This document shows positions 61,345-64,000 of a stretch of DNA of 64,000 bases, one piece after another. Origin of the DNA: Octopus sinensis. Lineage: Eukaryota. The translations under genes were made by a program, and so were the position numbers. The notes beneath the pieces were generated by a model. The model was not told the origin of the DNA, searched no databases, and saw only the letters and a program-made list of their open reading frames with translations. Numbering within the stretch: the stretch's first letter is position 1; each line of letters opens with the position of its first letter. The stretch is taken from positions 104,904,001-104,968,000 of the forward strand of contig NC_043004.1 of assembly GCF_006345805.1 (NCBI RefSeq), given 5' to 3'.

Positions 61345-64000
61345 AAGAGGTAAGTGACAGAAATCAGAGTAAGTGACAGAATACTTAAGATTAGATTAGT
61401 GCTTCATCATAGTTTAGCAACCATTATATCAGCCTATGCTCCTCAGTCGGGGCTACCCGATGGACAGAAAGACCGATTCTATGACACTCTACTGCAGACT
61501 ACCTCATTGACGAACGACAGAGACCTTATCTTTGTGGCTGGTGACTTCAATGGTCACGTTGGACGACATGCTGGGGGCTTCCATGGCGTACATGGAGGCT
61601 ATGGCTATGGCTCCCGCAACGAGGAGGGAACCAGGCTGCTGGAGTTCTGCGATGCAAATAATCTTATGATTTGCAACACTAACTTCAGGAAACCTACCAG
61701 CCACCTAGTCACTTACCAATCGGGCCAACATACCAGCCAAATTGACTACATCCTTACAAGGCAAAGGGAGAGATGGCTGCTTATAAATGCCAAAACCTTC
61801 CCAGGTGAAGAATGTACCCCCAAACATAGACTGGTAGTTAGTGACTTTAGGATCAGGACTAGGAGGACAACCAGAAGACGACAAATATGGAGAAGAAGGA
61901 TCTGGAAGCTTAAAGATCCTGCAAATGGACAGAGATTTAGGGACATATTACTTGAAGCCTCTGATGAAGTAGAAGGGGATAGAGCATCACAGGGGGTAGA
62001 AGACAGCTGGACGTTTCTAAGGGACAACCTGCTGAGAGCCACTGACCAGATCTGTGGCTGGTGCAAAGTCCCCTCTCGACCTAGAATAACGTGGTGGTGG
62101 AACAATATTGTAGACAGGGCTATTAGAGAAAAGAGACAGGCTTGGAAGGTCTGGAAAAATGGGGGTAGCAGGGAATTGTATCAGACTGCCAAAGAGAAGC
62201 TAGGAGACAGGTTTATTTAGCCAGAGGGGAAGCAGATAAGAAAAAATTTGCCAATGTTCTGCGCCGTGAGGACCAAAGACTGGAGGTGTTTCGTGTTGCA
62301 AGACAGTGTGTGAGAGAGAATCGTGATGTGGTAGGAGAGAAGTGTGTTCGCATGGAAGATGGTTCACTTGCGCTAAATGAGGATGCAAAGAGAGAGGTTT
62401 GGAGATGCCACTATGAAAGGTTGCTGAATGAGAAAATGAATGGGATAAAGAGAGTCTGCCGAATGTTGACCCAACAGAGGGACCAGCTATCCGAGTTGAT
62501 AGTTCTGTGGTAGCTAAGGCAATTAGAAGCATGAAGACAGGGAAAGCCCCAGGCCCATCAGGAATCACTGCAGAGATGCTCAAAATGTCTGGTAGTGTCG
62601 GCTATAGCCTAGTCACCCATATAGTTAATCAGGTGATACACAAAGGGGTCATACCCAATGACTGGTGTAGCAGTATAATAGTCAACTGCTACAAAGGTAA
62701 AGGTGATGCCCTAGATACAAATAACTACAGAGGTATCAAGCTGTTGGACCAGGTGATGAAGGTTACGGAGAGGGTCATAGCCCAACTAATTAGAGAGAGA
62801 GTTAGTTTAGATGAGATGCAGTTTGGGTTTGTGCCAGGGAAAAGTACTACTGATGCTATATTCCTGGTAAGGCAGCTGCAGGAGAAATACCTAGCCAAAG
62901 ATAAGCCCCTGTACCTGGCTTTTGTTGACATGGAGAAAGCCTTCGACAGGGTCCCCCGATCCCTTATCTGGTGGGCAATGAGAAAACTAGGGATAGATGA
63001 ATGGTTAGTGAGAGCTGTGCGGGCCATGTATAGGGACGCCGCTAGTAGGGTGAGGGTGTGGTGAAATGAGTACAGTGAAGAATTCCGGGTAGAGGTAGGG
63101 GTCCACCAAGGCTCAGTACTCAGCCCCCTCCTATTATCATAGTCCTCCAGGCAATAACGGAGGAATTCAAGACAGGATGCCCTTGGGAGCTCCTCTATGC
63201 TGATGACCTTGCTCTAATTGCTGAGTCGCTATCAGAACTGGAGGAGAAGTTTCAGGTGTGGAAACAAGGATTAGAATCGAAGGGCCTCAGAGTCAATCTA
63301 GCTAAAACCAAAGTCGTAATCAGTAGGAAGGTAGACAAATCACAAACACCTTCAGGTAGATGGCCCTGCTCGATCTGTAGAAAAGGTGTAGGTAGAAACT
63401 CTATAAGATGCACCAAGTGTAAGCTATGGACACATAAGAGATGCAGCAATGTCAAAGGAAGGCTAACTAGGAAGATGGTTTTTGTATGTGGCAGATGCTC
63501 AGGAACAATAAACACTGAAAATGCTCTGAGACCAACTTCCGTCACTTTCCAGGAGGAAAAACTAGAAATAGTTGATAGTTTCCGTTACCTAGGTGACCAA
63601 GTCAGCAGCGGGGGCGGGTGTGTGCTGAAAGTGTAACTGCTAGAGTAAGAATAGCTTGGGCAAAGTTCAGAGAGCTCTTACCTCTGCTGGTGACAAAAGG
63701 CCTCTCGCACAGAGTGAAAGGCAGACTGTATGATGCGTGTGTACGAACAGCCATGCTACATGGCAGTGAAACATGGGCCGTGACTGCTGAGGATATGCGT
63801 AAGCTCGCTAGAAATGAAGCCAGTATGCTCCGATGGATGTGTAATGCCGGTACTCACACTCGGCAGAGTGTAAGTACCTTGAGAGAAAAGCTGGACCTAA
63901 GAAGCATCAGTTGTGGTGTGCAAGAGAGACGTTTGCGCTGGTATGGTCATGTGGCGAGAATGGATGAAGATAGTTGTGTGAAAAAGTGCCACACCCTAGT
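61345..64000 (+). mobile_element. RTE-clade LINE, 5'-truncated, frameshifted, runs off the window end
   Basis: APE motifs AYAPQ, GDFNGHVG, SQIDYIL; RT motifs GKAPGPSGI, NYRGIKLL, QFGFVPGKST, VDMEKAFDRV, QGSVLSP, YADD, VNLAKTK; several frameshifts. Confidence 0.95.

Overview
Eukaryotic, AT-rich, repeat-dense genomic DNA, most consistent with a coleoid cephalopod (probably Octopus). That assignment is inferred from my recollection of the two dominant tRNA-like SINE families and the microsatellite load, not from a database search. Almost all ORF-track entries are microsatellite or antisense-TE artefacts. Supported content: (1) one clean single-exon ORF for a secreted, Cys-rich, probably GPI-anchored protein (51271-52257, minus); (2) phase-consistent candidate exons for two small unidentified genes and one stop-containing exon; (3) decayed transposons: five mariner remnants, a Buster/Charlie hAT, an RTE LINE, a CR1 LINE, a Penelope-like element (RT plus GIY-YIG), four complete ~390-bp non-autonomous Helitrons, several MITEs and about 30 SINE copies; (4) a ~100-N gap flanked by a ~1.8-kb duplication that is probably an assembly artefact. 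The most striking signal is a cluster of minimal type I hammerhead ribozyme motifs between 2.7 and 23 kb, from several distinct sequence families. Several sit as divergent pairs inside palindromes flanked by (TA)n arrays, and two carry a CCGACGA core variant. No CRISPR array, rRNA or prokaryotic operon was found. Coordinates of decayed repeats are approximate; no searches or folding computations were run.
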